The notes under the pieces were generated by a model. That model saw only the letters and a program-made list of their open reading frames with translations. It was not told the DNA's origin and did no database searches. Position numbers and translations under genes: made by a program. Positions 53,490 to 64,000 of a stretch of DNA of 64,000 nucleotides are shown in pieces; position 1 is the stretch's first letter; the number at the start of each line of letters is the position of its first letter. The DNA is taken from assembly GCF_009914755.1 (NCBI RefSeq), contig NC_060928.1; one strand, 5' to 3'. Source of the stretch: the human T2T-CHM13v2.0 reference genome, Homo sapiens.

Positions 53490-56400
53490 GTGGAATCTGA
53501 AAGTGGATAATTGGATAGCTTTGTGGATTTCGTTGGAAACGGGATGACGTATAAAATCTACAGAGAAGCATTCTCAGGAACTTCTTTCTGATGTTTGCAT
53601 TCAAGTCACAGAATTGAACATTCCTTTTCATAGTGCAGGTTTGAAACACTCTTTCTGCAGTATCTGGAAGTGGACATTTCAAGCGCTTTCAGGCCTATGG
53701 GGAGAAAGGAAATATCTTCAAATAAAAACTAGACAGAAGGATTCTCAGAAACTTATTTGTGATGTGTGTCCTAAACGAACACAGTTGAACCTTTGTTTTG
53801 ATACAGCATTTTGGAAACAGTCCTTTTGTAGAATCTGCAGGTGGATATTTGGATAGATTTTAAGATTTCGTTGGAAACGGGAATTTCTTCATATAAACTC
53901 AAGACAGATGCATTCCCAGAAACTTCTCTGTGATGTTTGCATTCCACTCATAGAGTTGAAAACTTCCTTTCATAGAGCAGGTTTGAAACACTCTTTTTGT
54001 AATATTTGGAAGTGGACATTTGCAGCGCTTTGAGGTCTATGGTGAAAAAGGAAATATCTTCTGATAAAAAGCAGAAACAAGCATTCTCAGAAACTTCTTT
54101 TTGATGTGTGTACTCAAGTAACAGAGTTGAACCTTCCTTTTGACACAGCAGTTTTGAAACAATCTTTTTGTAGAATCTGCAAGTGGATATTTGGATAGCT
54201 TTGAGGATTTCGTTGGAAACGGGATATCTTCATATAAAACCTAGACAGAAGCATTCTCAGAAACTTCTTTGTGCTGTATGTCCTCAATTCACAGAGCTGA
54301 AACTTTGTTTGGATACAGCATTTTGGAAACATTCCTTTAGTAGAATCTGCAAGTTGATATTTAGATAGCTTTGAAGATTTCGTTGGAAACGGGAATATCT
54401 TCATAGAAAATCTAGACGGAAGCATTCTCATAAACTGCTTTGTGAAGTTTGCATTCAAGTCACAGAGTTGAATATTCCCTTTTATAGAGTAGGTTTGAAA
54501 CACTCTTTCGGCACTACCTGGAAGTGGATATTTCGAGCTGTTTGAGGCCTATGGTTAAAAGGAAATATCTTCCTATAAAAACTAGACAGAAGCCGTCTCA
54601 GAAACTTTTTTGTGATGTGTGTATTCAACTAACAGAGCTGAACATTTCTGTTACAGAGCAATTTTAAAACACTCTTTTTGTGGAATCTGAAAGTGGATAA
54701 TTGGATAGCTTTGTGGATTTCGTTGGAAACGGGATGACGTATAAAATCTACAGAGAAGCATTCTCAGGAACTTCTTTCTGATGTTTCCATTCAAGTCACA
54801 GAATTGAACATTCCTTTTCATAGTGCAGGTTTGAAACACTCTTTCTGTAGTATCTGTAAGTGGACATTTCAAGCGCTTTCAGGCCTATGGGGAGAAAGGA
54901 AATATCTTCAAATAAAAACTAGACAGAAGGATTCTCAGAAACTTATTTGTGATGTGTGTCCTAAACGAACACAGTTGAACCTTTGTTTTGATACAGCATT
55001 TTAGAAACACTCCTTTTGTAGAATCTGCAGGTGGATATTTGGATAGATTTTAAGATTTCGTTGGAAACGGGAATTTCTTCATAGAAACTCAAGACAGATG
55101 CATTCTCAGAAACTTCTCTGTGATGTTTGCATTCCACTCATAGAGTTGAAAACTTCCTTTCATAGAGCAGGTTTGAAACACTCTTTTTGTAATATTTGGA
55201 AGTGGACATTTGCAGCGCTTTGAGGCCTATGGTGAAAAAGGAAATATCTTCTCATAAAAACCAGAAACAAGCATTTTCAGAAACTTCTTTTTGATGTGTG
55301 TACTCAAGTAACAGAGTTGAACCTTCCTTTTGACACAGCAGTTTTGAAACAATCTTTTTGTAGAATCTGCAAGTGGATATTTGGATAGCTTCGAGGATTT
55401 CGTTGGAAACGGGATATCTTCATATAAAACCTAGACAGAAGCATTCTCAGAAACTTCTTTGTGCTGTGTGTCCTCAATTAACAGAGTTGAACCATTGCTT
55501 TGATACAGCATTTTGGAAACATTCCTTTAGTAAAATCTGCAAGTTGATATTTAGATAGGTTTGAAGATTTCGTTGGAAACGGGAATATCTTCATATAAAA
55601 TCTAGACGGAAGCATTCTCAGAAACTGCTTTGTGATGTTTCCATTCAAGTCACAGAGTTGAATATTCTCTTTTATAGAGCACGTTTGAAACACTCTTTCT
55701 GCACTATCTGGAAGTGGACATTTCGAGCGCTTTGAGGCCTATGGTGAAAAAGGAAATATCTTCCCATAAAAACTAGACAGAAGCATTCTCAGAAACTTGT
55801 TTGTGATGTGTGTATTCAACTAACAGAGTTGAACTTTTGTTTGTACAGAGCCGTTTTAAAACACTCCTTTGTGGAATCAGAAAGTGGATATTCGGATGGC
55901 TATGAGGATTTCGTTGGAAGAGGGATTACATATAAAATCTAGAGAGAAGCATTCTCAGGAACTTCATGTGATGTTTGCATTGAAGTCACAGAATTGAACA
56001 TTCACTTTTATAGAGCAGGTTTGAAACCCTCATTCTGTAGTATCTGGAAGTGGACATTTCAAGCGCTTTCAGGCCTATGGTGAGAAAGGAAATATCTTCA
56101 AATAAAAACTAGACAGAATCATGCTCAGAAACTTATTTGTGATGTGTGTCCTCAACTAACAGAGTTGAACCTTTGTTTGGATACAGCATTTTGGAAACAT
56201 TCCTTTAGTAGAATCTGCAAGTTGGTATTTAGATAGCTTTGAAGATTTCGTTGCAAACGGGAATATCTTCATAGAAAATCTAGACGGAAGCATTCTCAGA
56301 AACTGCTTTGTGATGTTTGCATTCAAGTCACAGAGTTGAATATTCCCTTTTATAGAGTAGGTTTGAAACACTCTTTCGGCACTACCTGGAAGTGGATATT

Positions 56401-59400
56401 TCGAGCTCTTTGAGGCCTATGGTTAAAAGGAAATATCTTCCCATAAAAACTAGACAGAAGCCATCTCAGAAACTTGTTTGTGATGTGTGTATTCAACTAC
56501 CAGAGTTGAACATTTCTGTTACAGAGGAATTTTAAAACACTCTTTTTGTGGAATCTGAAAGTGGATAATTGCATAGCTTTGTGGATTTCATTGGAAACGG
56601 GATGACGTATAAAATCTAGAGAGAAGCATTCTCAGGAACATCTTTCTGATGTTTGCATTCAAGTCACAGAATTGAACATTCCTTTTCATAGTGCAGGTTT
56701 GAAACACTCTTTCTGTAGTATCTGGAAGTGGACATTTCAAGCGCTTTCAGGCCTACGGGGAGAAAGGAAATATCTTCAAATAAAAACTAGACAGAAGGAT
56801 TCTCAGAAACTTATTGGTGATGTGTGTCCTAAACGAACACAGTTGAACCTTTGTTTTGATACAGCATTTTGGAAACACTCCTTTTGTAGGATCTGCAGGT
56901 GGATATTTGGATAGATTTTAAGATTTCGTTGGAAACGGGAATTTCTTCATAGAAACTCAAGACAGATGCATTCTCAGAAACTTCTCTGTGATGTTTGCAT
57001 TCCACTCATAGAGTTGAAAACTTCCTTTCATAGAGCAGGTTTGAAACACTCTTTTTGTAATATTTGGAAGTGGACATTTGCAGCGCTTTGAGGCCTATGG
57101 TGAAAAAGGAAATATCTTCTCATAAAAACCAGAAACAAGCATTCTCAGAAACTTCTTTTTAATGTGTGTACTCAAATAACAGAGTTGAACCTTCCTTTTG
57201 ACACAGCAGTTTTGAAACAATCTTTTTGTAGAATCTACAAGTGGATATTTGGATAGTTTTGAGGATTTCGTTGGAAACGGGATATCTTCATATAAAATCT
57301 AGACAGAAGCATTCTCAGAAACCTCTTTGTGCTGTATGTCCTCAATTCACAGAGTTGAACCATTGCTTGGATACAGCATTTTGGAAACATTCCTTTAGTA
57401 GAATCTGCAAGTTGATATTTAGATAGCTTTGAAGATTTCGTTGGAAACGGGAATATCTTCATAGAAAATCTAGACGGAAGCATTCTCATAAACTGCTTTG
57501 TGATGTTTGCATTCAAGTCACAGAGTTGAATATTCCCTTTTATAGAGTAGGTTTGAAACAGTCTTTCGGCACTACCTGGAAGTGGATATTTCGAGCTGCT
57601 TGAGGCCTATGGTTAAAAGGAAATATCTTCCTATAAAAACTAGACAGAAGCCGTCTCAGAAACTTTTTTGTGATGTGTGTATTCAACTAACAGAGCTGTA
57701 CATTTCTGTTACAGAGCAATTTTAAAACACTCTTTTTGTGGAATCTGAAAGTGGATAATTGGATAGCTTTGTGGATTTCGTTGGAAACGGGATGACGTAT
57801 AAAATCTAGAGAGAAGCATTCTCAGGAACTTCTTTCTGATGTTTGCATTCAAGTCACAGAATTGAACATTCCTTTTCATAGTGCAGGTTTGAAACACTCT
57901 TTCTGTAGTATCTGTAAGTGAACATTTCAAGCGCTTTCAGTCCTATGGGGAGAAAGGAAATATCTTCAAATAAAAACTAGACAGAAGGATTCTCAGAAAC
58001 TTATTTGTGATGTGTGTCCTAAACGAACACAGTTGAACCTTTGTTTTGATACAGCATTTTAGAAACACTCCTTTTGTAGAATCTGCAGGTGGATATTTGG
58101 ATAGATTTTAAGATTTCGTTGGAAACGGGAATTTCTTCATAGAAACTCAAGACAGATGCATTCTCAGAAACTTCCCTGTGATGTTTGCATTCCACTCATA
58201 GAGGTGAAAACTTCCTTTCATAGAGCAGGTTTGAAACACTCTTTTTGTAATATTTGGAAGTGGACATTTGCAGCGCTTTGAGGCCTATGGTGAAAAAGGA
58301 AATATCTTCTCATAAAAACCAGAAACAAGCATTCTCAGAAACTTCTTTTTGATGTGTGTACTCAAGTAACAGAGTTGAACCTTCCTTTTGACACAGCAGT
58401 TTTGAAACAATCTTTTTGTAGAATCTGCAAGTGGATATTTGGATAGCTTTGAGGATTTCGTTGGAAACGGGATATCTTCATATAAAACCTAGACAGAAGC
58501 ATTCTCAGAAACTTCTTTGTGCTGTGTGTCCTCAATTAACAGAGTTGAACCATTGCTTTGATACAGCATTTTGGAAACATTCCTTTAGTAAAATCTGCAA
58601 GTTGATATTTAGATAGATTTGAAGATTTCGTTGGAAACGGGAATATCTTCATATAAAATCAAGACAGAAGCATTCTCGGAAACATCTCTGTGATGTTTGC
58701 ATTCGACTCAGTAGAGTTGAACACTTCCTTTCATAGAGCAGGTTTGAAACACTCTTTCTGCACTACCTGGAAGCGGACATTTCGAGCGCTTTGAGGCCTA
58801 TGGTGAAAAAGGAAATATCTTCTCATAAAAACCAGAAAGAAGCATTCTCAGAAACTTCTTTGTGTTGTGTGTACTCAAGTAACAGTGTTGAACCTTCCTT
58901 TTGACAGAGCAGTTTTGAAACACTCTTTTGGTAGAATCTGCAAGTGGATATTTGGATAGCTTTGAGGATTTCGTTGGAAACGGGTTATCTTCATATAAAA
59001 TCCAGACAGGAGCATTCTCAGAAACTTCTTTGTGCTGTATGTCTTCAATTCACAGAGTTGAACCTTTGTTTGGATCCAGCATTTTGGAAACATTCCTTTA
59101 GTAGAATCTGCAAGTTGATATTTAGATAGCTTTGAAGATTTCGTTGCAAACGGGAATATCTTCATAGAAAATCTAGACAGAAGCATTCTCAGAAACTTCT
59201 TTGTGCTGTATGTCCTCAATTAACAGAGTTGAACCATTGCTTGGATACAGCATTTTGGAAACATTCCTTTAGTAGAATCTGCAAGTTGATATTTAGATAG
59301 ATTTGAAGATTTCTTTGGAAACGGGAATATCTTCATAGAAAATCTAGACGGAAGCATTCTCAGAAACTGCTTTGTGATGTTTCCATTCAAGTCACAGAGT

Positions 59401-62092
59401 TGAATATTCCCTTTTATAGAGCACGTTTGAAACACTCTTTCTGCACTATCTGGAAGTGGACATTTCGAGCGATTTGAGGCCTATGGTGAAAAAGGAAATA
59501 TCTTCCCATAAAAACTAGACAGAAGCATTCTCAGAAACTTGTTTGTGATGTGTGTATTCAACTAACAGGGTTGAACTTTTGTTTTTACAGAGCCGTTTTA
59601 AAACACTCTTTTTGTGGAATCAGAAAGTGGATATTCGGATGGCTCTGAGGATTTCGTTGGAAGCGGGATTACATATAAAATCTAGAGAGAAGCATTCTCA
59701 GGAACTTCTTTGTGATGTTTGCATTGAAGTCACAGAATTGAACATTCACTTTTATAGAGCAGGTTTGAAACACTCATTCTGTAGTATGTGGAAGTGGACA
59801 TTTCAAGCGCTTTCAGGCCTATGGTGAGAAAGGAAATATCTTCAAATAAAAACTAGACAGAAGCATCCTCAGAAACTTATTTGTGATGTGTGTCCTCAAC
59901 TAACAGAGTTGAAACTTTGTTTTGATACAGCATTTTGGAAACACTCTTTTTGTAGAATCTGCAGGTGGATATTTGGATAGCTTAGAGGGATTCGTTGGAA
60001 AGGGGATATCTTCATATAAAATCTAGACAGAAGCATTCTCAGAAACTTATTTGTGATGTGTGTCCTCAACTAACAGAGTTGAACCTTGGTTTTGATACAG
60101 CATTTTGGAAACACTCCTTTTGTAGAATCTGCAGGTGGATATGTGGATAGCTTGGAAGATTTCGTTGGAAACGGGAATTTCTTCATATAAAATCAAACAG
60201 AAGCATTCTCAGATACTTCTCAGTGACGTTTGCATTCAGCTCATGGAGTTGAACACTTCCTTTCATAGAGCCGGTTTGAAACACTCTTTCTGCACTACCT
60301 GGAAGAGGACATTTCGAGCGCTTTGAGGCCTATGTTGAAAAAGGAAATATCTTCTCATAGAAACCAGAAAGAAGCATTCTGAGAAACTTCTTTGTGTTGT
60401 GTGTACTCATGTAACAGTGTTGAACCATCCTTTTGACAGAGCAGTTTTGAAACACTCTTTTTGTAGAATCTGCAAGTGGATATTTGGATAGCTTTGAGGA
60501 TTTCGTTGGAAACGGGATGACATATATTATCTAGAGAGAAGCATTCTCAGGAACTTCTTTGTGATGTTTGCATTCAAGTCACAGAATTGAACATTCCCTT
60601 TCATAGAGCAGGTTTGAAACACTCTTTCTCTAGTATCTGGAAGTGGGCATTTCAAGCGCTTTCAGGCCTATGGAGAGAAAGGAAATAGCTTCAAATAAAA
60701 ACTAGACAGAAGCATTCTCAGAAACTTATTTGTGATGTGTGTCCTCAACTAACAGAGTTGAACCTTTGTTTTGATACAGCATTTTGGAAACACTCCTTTT
60801 GTAGAATCTGCAGGTGGATATTTGGATAGCTTTGAAGATTTCGTTGGAAACCGGAATATCTTCATATAAAATCAAGACAGAAGCATTCTCGGAAACATCT
60901 CTGTGATGTTTGCATTCAACTCAGTAGAGTTGAACACTTCCTTTCATAGAGCAGGTTTGAAACACTCTTTCTGCACTACCTGGAAGCGGACATTTCGAGC
61001 GCTTTGAGGCCTATGGTGAAAAAGGAAATATCTTCTCATAAAAACCAGAAAGAAGCATTCTCAGAAACTTCTTTGCGTTGTGTGTACTCAAGTAACAGTG
61101 TTGAACCTTCCTTTTGACAGAGCAGTTTTGAAACACTCTTTTGGTAGAATCTGCAAGTGGATATTTGGATAGCTTTGAGGATTTTGTTGGAAACGGGTTA
61201 TCTTCATATAAAATCCAGACAGGAGCATTCTCAGAAACTTCTTTGTGCTGTATGTCCTCAATTCACACAGCTGAACCTTTGTTTGGATACAGCATTTTGG
61301 AAACATTCCTTTAGTAGAATCTGCAAGTTGATATTTAGATAGCTTTGAAGATTTCGTTGGAAACGGGAATATCTTCATAGAAAATCTAGACGGAAGCATT
61401 CTCAGAAACTGCTTTGTGATGTTTGCATTCAAGTCACAGAGTTGAATATTCCCTTTTATAGAGTAGGTTTGAAACACTCTTTCGGCACTACCTGGAAGTG
61501 GATATTTCGAGCTCTTTGAGGCCTATGGTTAAAAGGAAATATCTTCCCATAAAAACTAGACAGAAGCCGTCTCAGAAACTTGTTTGTGATGTGTGTATTC
61601 AACTACCAGAGTTGAACATTTCTGTTACAGAGCAATTTTAAAACACTCTTTTTGTGGAATCTGAAAGTGGATAATTGGATAGCTTTGTGGATTTCGTTGT
61701 TAACGGGATGACGTATAAAATCTAGAGAGAAGCATTCTCAGGAACTTCTTTCTGATGTTTGCATTCAAGTCACAGAATTGAACATTCCTTTTCATAGTTC
61801 AGGTTTGAAACACTCTTTCTGTAGTATCCGGAAGTGGACATTTCAAGCGCTTTCAGGCCTACGGGGAGAAAGGAAATATCTTCAAATAAAAACTAGACAG
61901 AAGGATTCTCAGAAACTTATTTGTGATGTGTGTCCTAAACGAACACAGTTGAACCTTTGTTTTGATACAGCATTTTGGAAACACTCCTTTTGTAGGATCT
62001 GCAGGTGGATATTTGGATAGATTTTAAGATTTCGTTGGAAACGGGAATTTCTTCATATAAACTCAAGACAGATGCATTCTCAGAAACTTCTC
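53476..62092 (+). repeat. Alpha satellite between the two L1s: divergent 7-mer and 11-mer variants plus a near-complete 19-mer
   Basis: The same monomer type starts at ~54592, 56460 (+1868, 11-mer), 57650 (+1190, 7-mer) and 61566. The stretch 59183-62092 contains four monomers' worth of sequence absent from the 15-mer. Confidence 0.93.
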
Positions 62093-62093
62093 G

Positions 62094-62242
62094 CATTCCG
62101 TGACTAGCCCTCCCCCACCTGCCCAGCAATTTACTCTTAAAAAAGTGGCTGGAGCCAAAGGCATAGTCAAGGTTAATGCTCCTTTTTCTTTATCCCAAAT
62201 CAGAAGCGTTTAGGCTCTTTTTCATCAAATATAAAAATGCAG
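62094..62242 (+). mobile_element. ~150-bp HERV-H-like internal (gag) fragment fused to the 5' end of the L1
   Basis: Neither alpha satellite nor L1. From 62100 it translates as VTSPPPPAQQFTLKKVAGAKGIVKVNAPFSLSQI and, after a frameshift, KRLGSFSSNIK, resembling the start of a gammaretrovirus-like capsid. The nucleotide sequence matches HERV-H internal sequence as I recall it. Confidence 0.85.
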
Positions 62243-63145
62243 GGGAGGAGCCAAGATGGCCGAATAGGAACAGCTCCGGTCTACAGCTCCCAGCGTGAGC
62301 GACGCAGAAGGCGGTGATTTCTGCATTTCCATCTGAGGTACCGTGTTCATCTCACTAGGGAGTGCCAGACAGTGGGCGCAGGCCTGTGTGTGTGCGCACC
62401 GTGCGCGAGCCGAAGCAGGGCGAGGCATTGCCTCACCTGGGAAGCGCAAGGGGTCAGGGAGTTCCCTTTCCGAGTCAAAGAAAGGGGTGACGGAGGCACC
62501 TGGAAAATCGGGTCACTCCCACCCGAATATTGCGCTTTTCAGACCGGCTTAAGAAACGGCGCACCACGAGACTATATCCCACACCTGGCTCGGAGGGTCC
62601 TACGTCCACGGAATCTCGCTGATTGCTAGCACAGCAGTCTGAGATCAAACTGCAAGGCGGCAACGAGGCTGGGGGAGGGGCGCCCGCCATTGCCCAGGCT
62701 TGCTTAGGTAAACAAAGCAGCCGGGAAGCTCGAACTGGGTGGAGCCCACCACAGCTCAAGGAGGCCTGCCTGCCTCTGTAGGCTCCACCTCTGAGGGCAG
62801 GGCACAGACAAACAAAAAGACAGCAGTAACCTCTGCAGACTTAAGTGTCCCTGTCTGACAGCTTTGAAGAGAGCAGTGGTTCTCCCAGCACGCAGCTGGA
62901 GATCTGAGAACGGGCAGACTGCCTCCTCAAGTGGGTCCCTGACTCCTGACCCCCGAGCAGCCTAACTGGGAGGCACCCCCCAGCAGGGGCACACTGACAC
63001 CTCACACGGCAGGGTATTCCAACAGACCTGCAGCTGAGGGTCCTGTCTGTTAGAAGGAAAACTAACAACCAGAAAGGACATCTACACCGAAAACCCATCT
63101 GTACATCACCATCATCAAAGACCAAAAGTAGATAAAACCACAAAG
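62243..63145 (+). promoter_or_regulatory. L1 5' UTR: internal sense promoter, antisense promoter, CpG-rich, intact YY1 site (62253-62261)
   Basis: AAGATGGCC lies ~10 nt from the 5' end; dense CpGs over ~62260-62730. Promoter activities are established knowledge for the L1HS 5' UTR and are not shown for this copy. Confidence 0.88.
62475..62690 (-). CDS. ORF0: L1 ORF0 (71 aa, antisense), reading frame intact
   Basis: MAGAPPPASLPPCSLISDCCASNQRDSVDVGPSEPGVGYSLVVRRFLSRSEKRNIRVGVTRFSRCLRHPFL*, with the ATG at 62690-62688. Confidence 0.85.
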   Translation of the reverse strand: MAGAPPPASLPPCSLISDCCASNQRDSVDVGPSEPGVGYSLVVRRFLSRSEKRNIRVGVTRFSRCLRHPFL

Positions 63146-64000
63146 ATGGGGAAAAAACAGAACAGAAAAACTGGAAACTCTAAAACGCAGAGCGCCTCTC
63201 CTCCTCCAAAGGAACGCAGTTCCTCACCAGCAACAGAACAAAGCTGGATGGAGAATGATTTTGACGAGCTGAGAGAAGAAGGCTTCAGACGATCAAATTA
63301 CTCTGAGCTACGGGAGGACATTCAAACCAAAGGCAAAGAAGTTGAAAACTTTGAAAAAAATTTAGAAGAATGTATAACTAGAATAACCAATACAGAGAAG
63401 TGCTTAAAGGAGCTGATGGAGCTGAAAACCAAGGCTCGAGAACTACGTGAAGAATGCAGAAGCCTCAGGAGCCGATGCGATCAACTGGAAGAAAGGGTAT
63501 CAGCAATGGAAGATGAAATGAATGAAATGAAGCGAGAAGGGAAGTTTAGAGAAAAAAGAATAAAAAGAAATGAGCAAAGCCTCCAAGAAATATGGGACTA
63601 TGTGAAAAGACCAAATCTACGTCTGATTGGTGTACCTGAAAGTGATGTGGAGAATGGAACCAAGTTGGAAAACACTCTGCAGTATATTATCCAGGAGAAC
63701 TTCCCCAATCTAGCAAGGCAGGCCAACGTTCAGATTTAGGAAATACAGAGAACACCACAAAGATACTCCTCGAGAAGAGCAACTCCAAGACACATAATTG
63801 TCAGATTCACCAAAGTTGAAATGAAGGAAAAAATGTTAAGGGCAGCCAGAGAGAAAGGTCGGGTTACCCTCAAAGGGAAGCCCATCAGACTAACAGCGGA
63901 TCTCTCGGCAGAAACCCTACAAGCCAGAAGAGAGTGGGGGCCAATATTCAACATTCTTAAAGAAAAGAATTTTCAACCCAGAATTTCATATCCAGCCAAA
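63146..64000 (+). pseudogene. ORF1: L1 ORF1 with premature stop at codon 198 (Q198*)
   Basis: 197 aa of ORF1p, then TAG at 63737-63739 (CAGATTTAGG where CAGATTCAGG is expected); ORF1 sequence continues in frame afterwards (EIQRTPQRYSSRR). Confidence 0.93.

Larger units (their letters stand above)
62243..64000 (+). mobile_element. L1HS-type LINE-1 with complete 5' end (cut by the window edge)
   Basis: Begins GGGAGGAGCCAAGATGGCCGAATAGGAACAGCTCCGG; ~900-bp 5' UTR, then ORF1 MGKKQNRKTGNSKTQSASPPPKERSSSP. L1HS-type alleles include GTGTGTGTGCGCACC and ORF1 ESDVENG. Ta versus pre-Ta cannot be read because the 3' UTR is outside the window. Confidence 0.95.

Noticed and set aside
61935-62629. ORFs spanning the alpha/HERV-H/L1 junctions and other 5' UTR ORFs
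   Set aside because: Chance frames in GC-rich or junction sequence; only ORF0 corresponds to a known product.
62305-62950. Ta-1d assignment of the second L1 from the short CGGTG allele (~62312) and GACTCCTGAC (62944)
   Set aside because: Suggestive, but based on remembered diagnostics with a nearby substitution; the decisive 3' UTR sites are outside the window.

Overview
Primate (very likely human) centromeric DNA, with no host protein-coding genes. About 58 kb is alpha satellite (~171-bp monomers, A/B alternation of suprachromosomal family 2 type, CENP-B boxes in B monomers). From ~3 to ~41.8 kb it is a homogeneous 15-monomer higher-order repeat (HOR) of 2551 bp, built as 7-mer + 8-mer, with local 9-mer and 7-mer duplications and two different ~5.1-kb 'HOR-of-HOR' super-repeats. 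Beyond ~42 kb the array is divergent and rearranged (3-, 7-, 8-, 11-mers) and shows the parental 19-mer order (2551+681=3232 bp), which fits the chromosome 4 D4Z1 family as I recall it. Two young L1HS elements sit in this divergent zone. The first (49616-53479) is a 5'-truncated, 5'-inverted (twin-primed) pre-Ta L1 with a 14-bp target-site duplication (TSD) and a compound poly(A) tail. The second starts at ~62243, has a complete 5' end and runs off the window. It is preceded by ~150 bp of non-satellite, non-L1 DNA that reads as HERV-H-like gag, i.e. an apparent ERV-derived 5' transduction carried into the centromere, and this is the most interesting item. Comparisons with L1HS, HERV-H and D4Z1 consensus sequences are from memory and need confirming by alignment.
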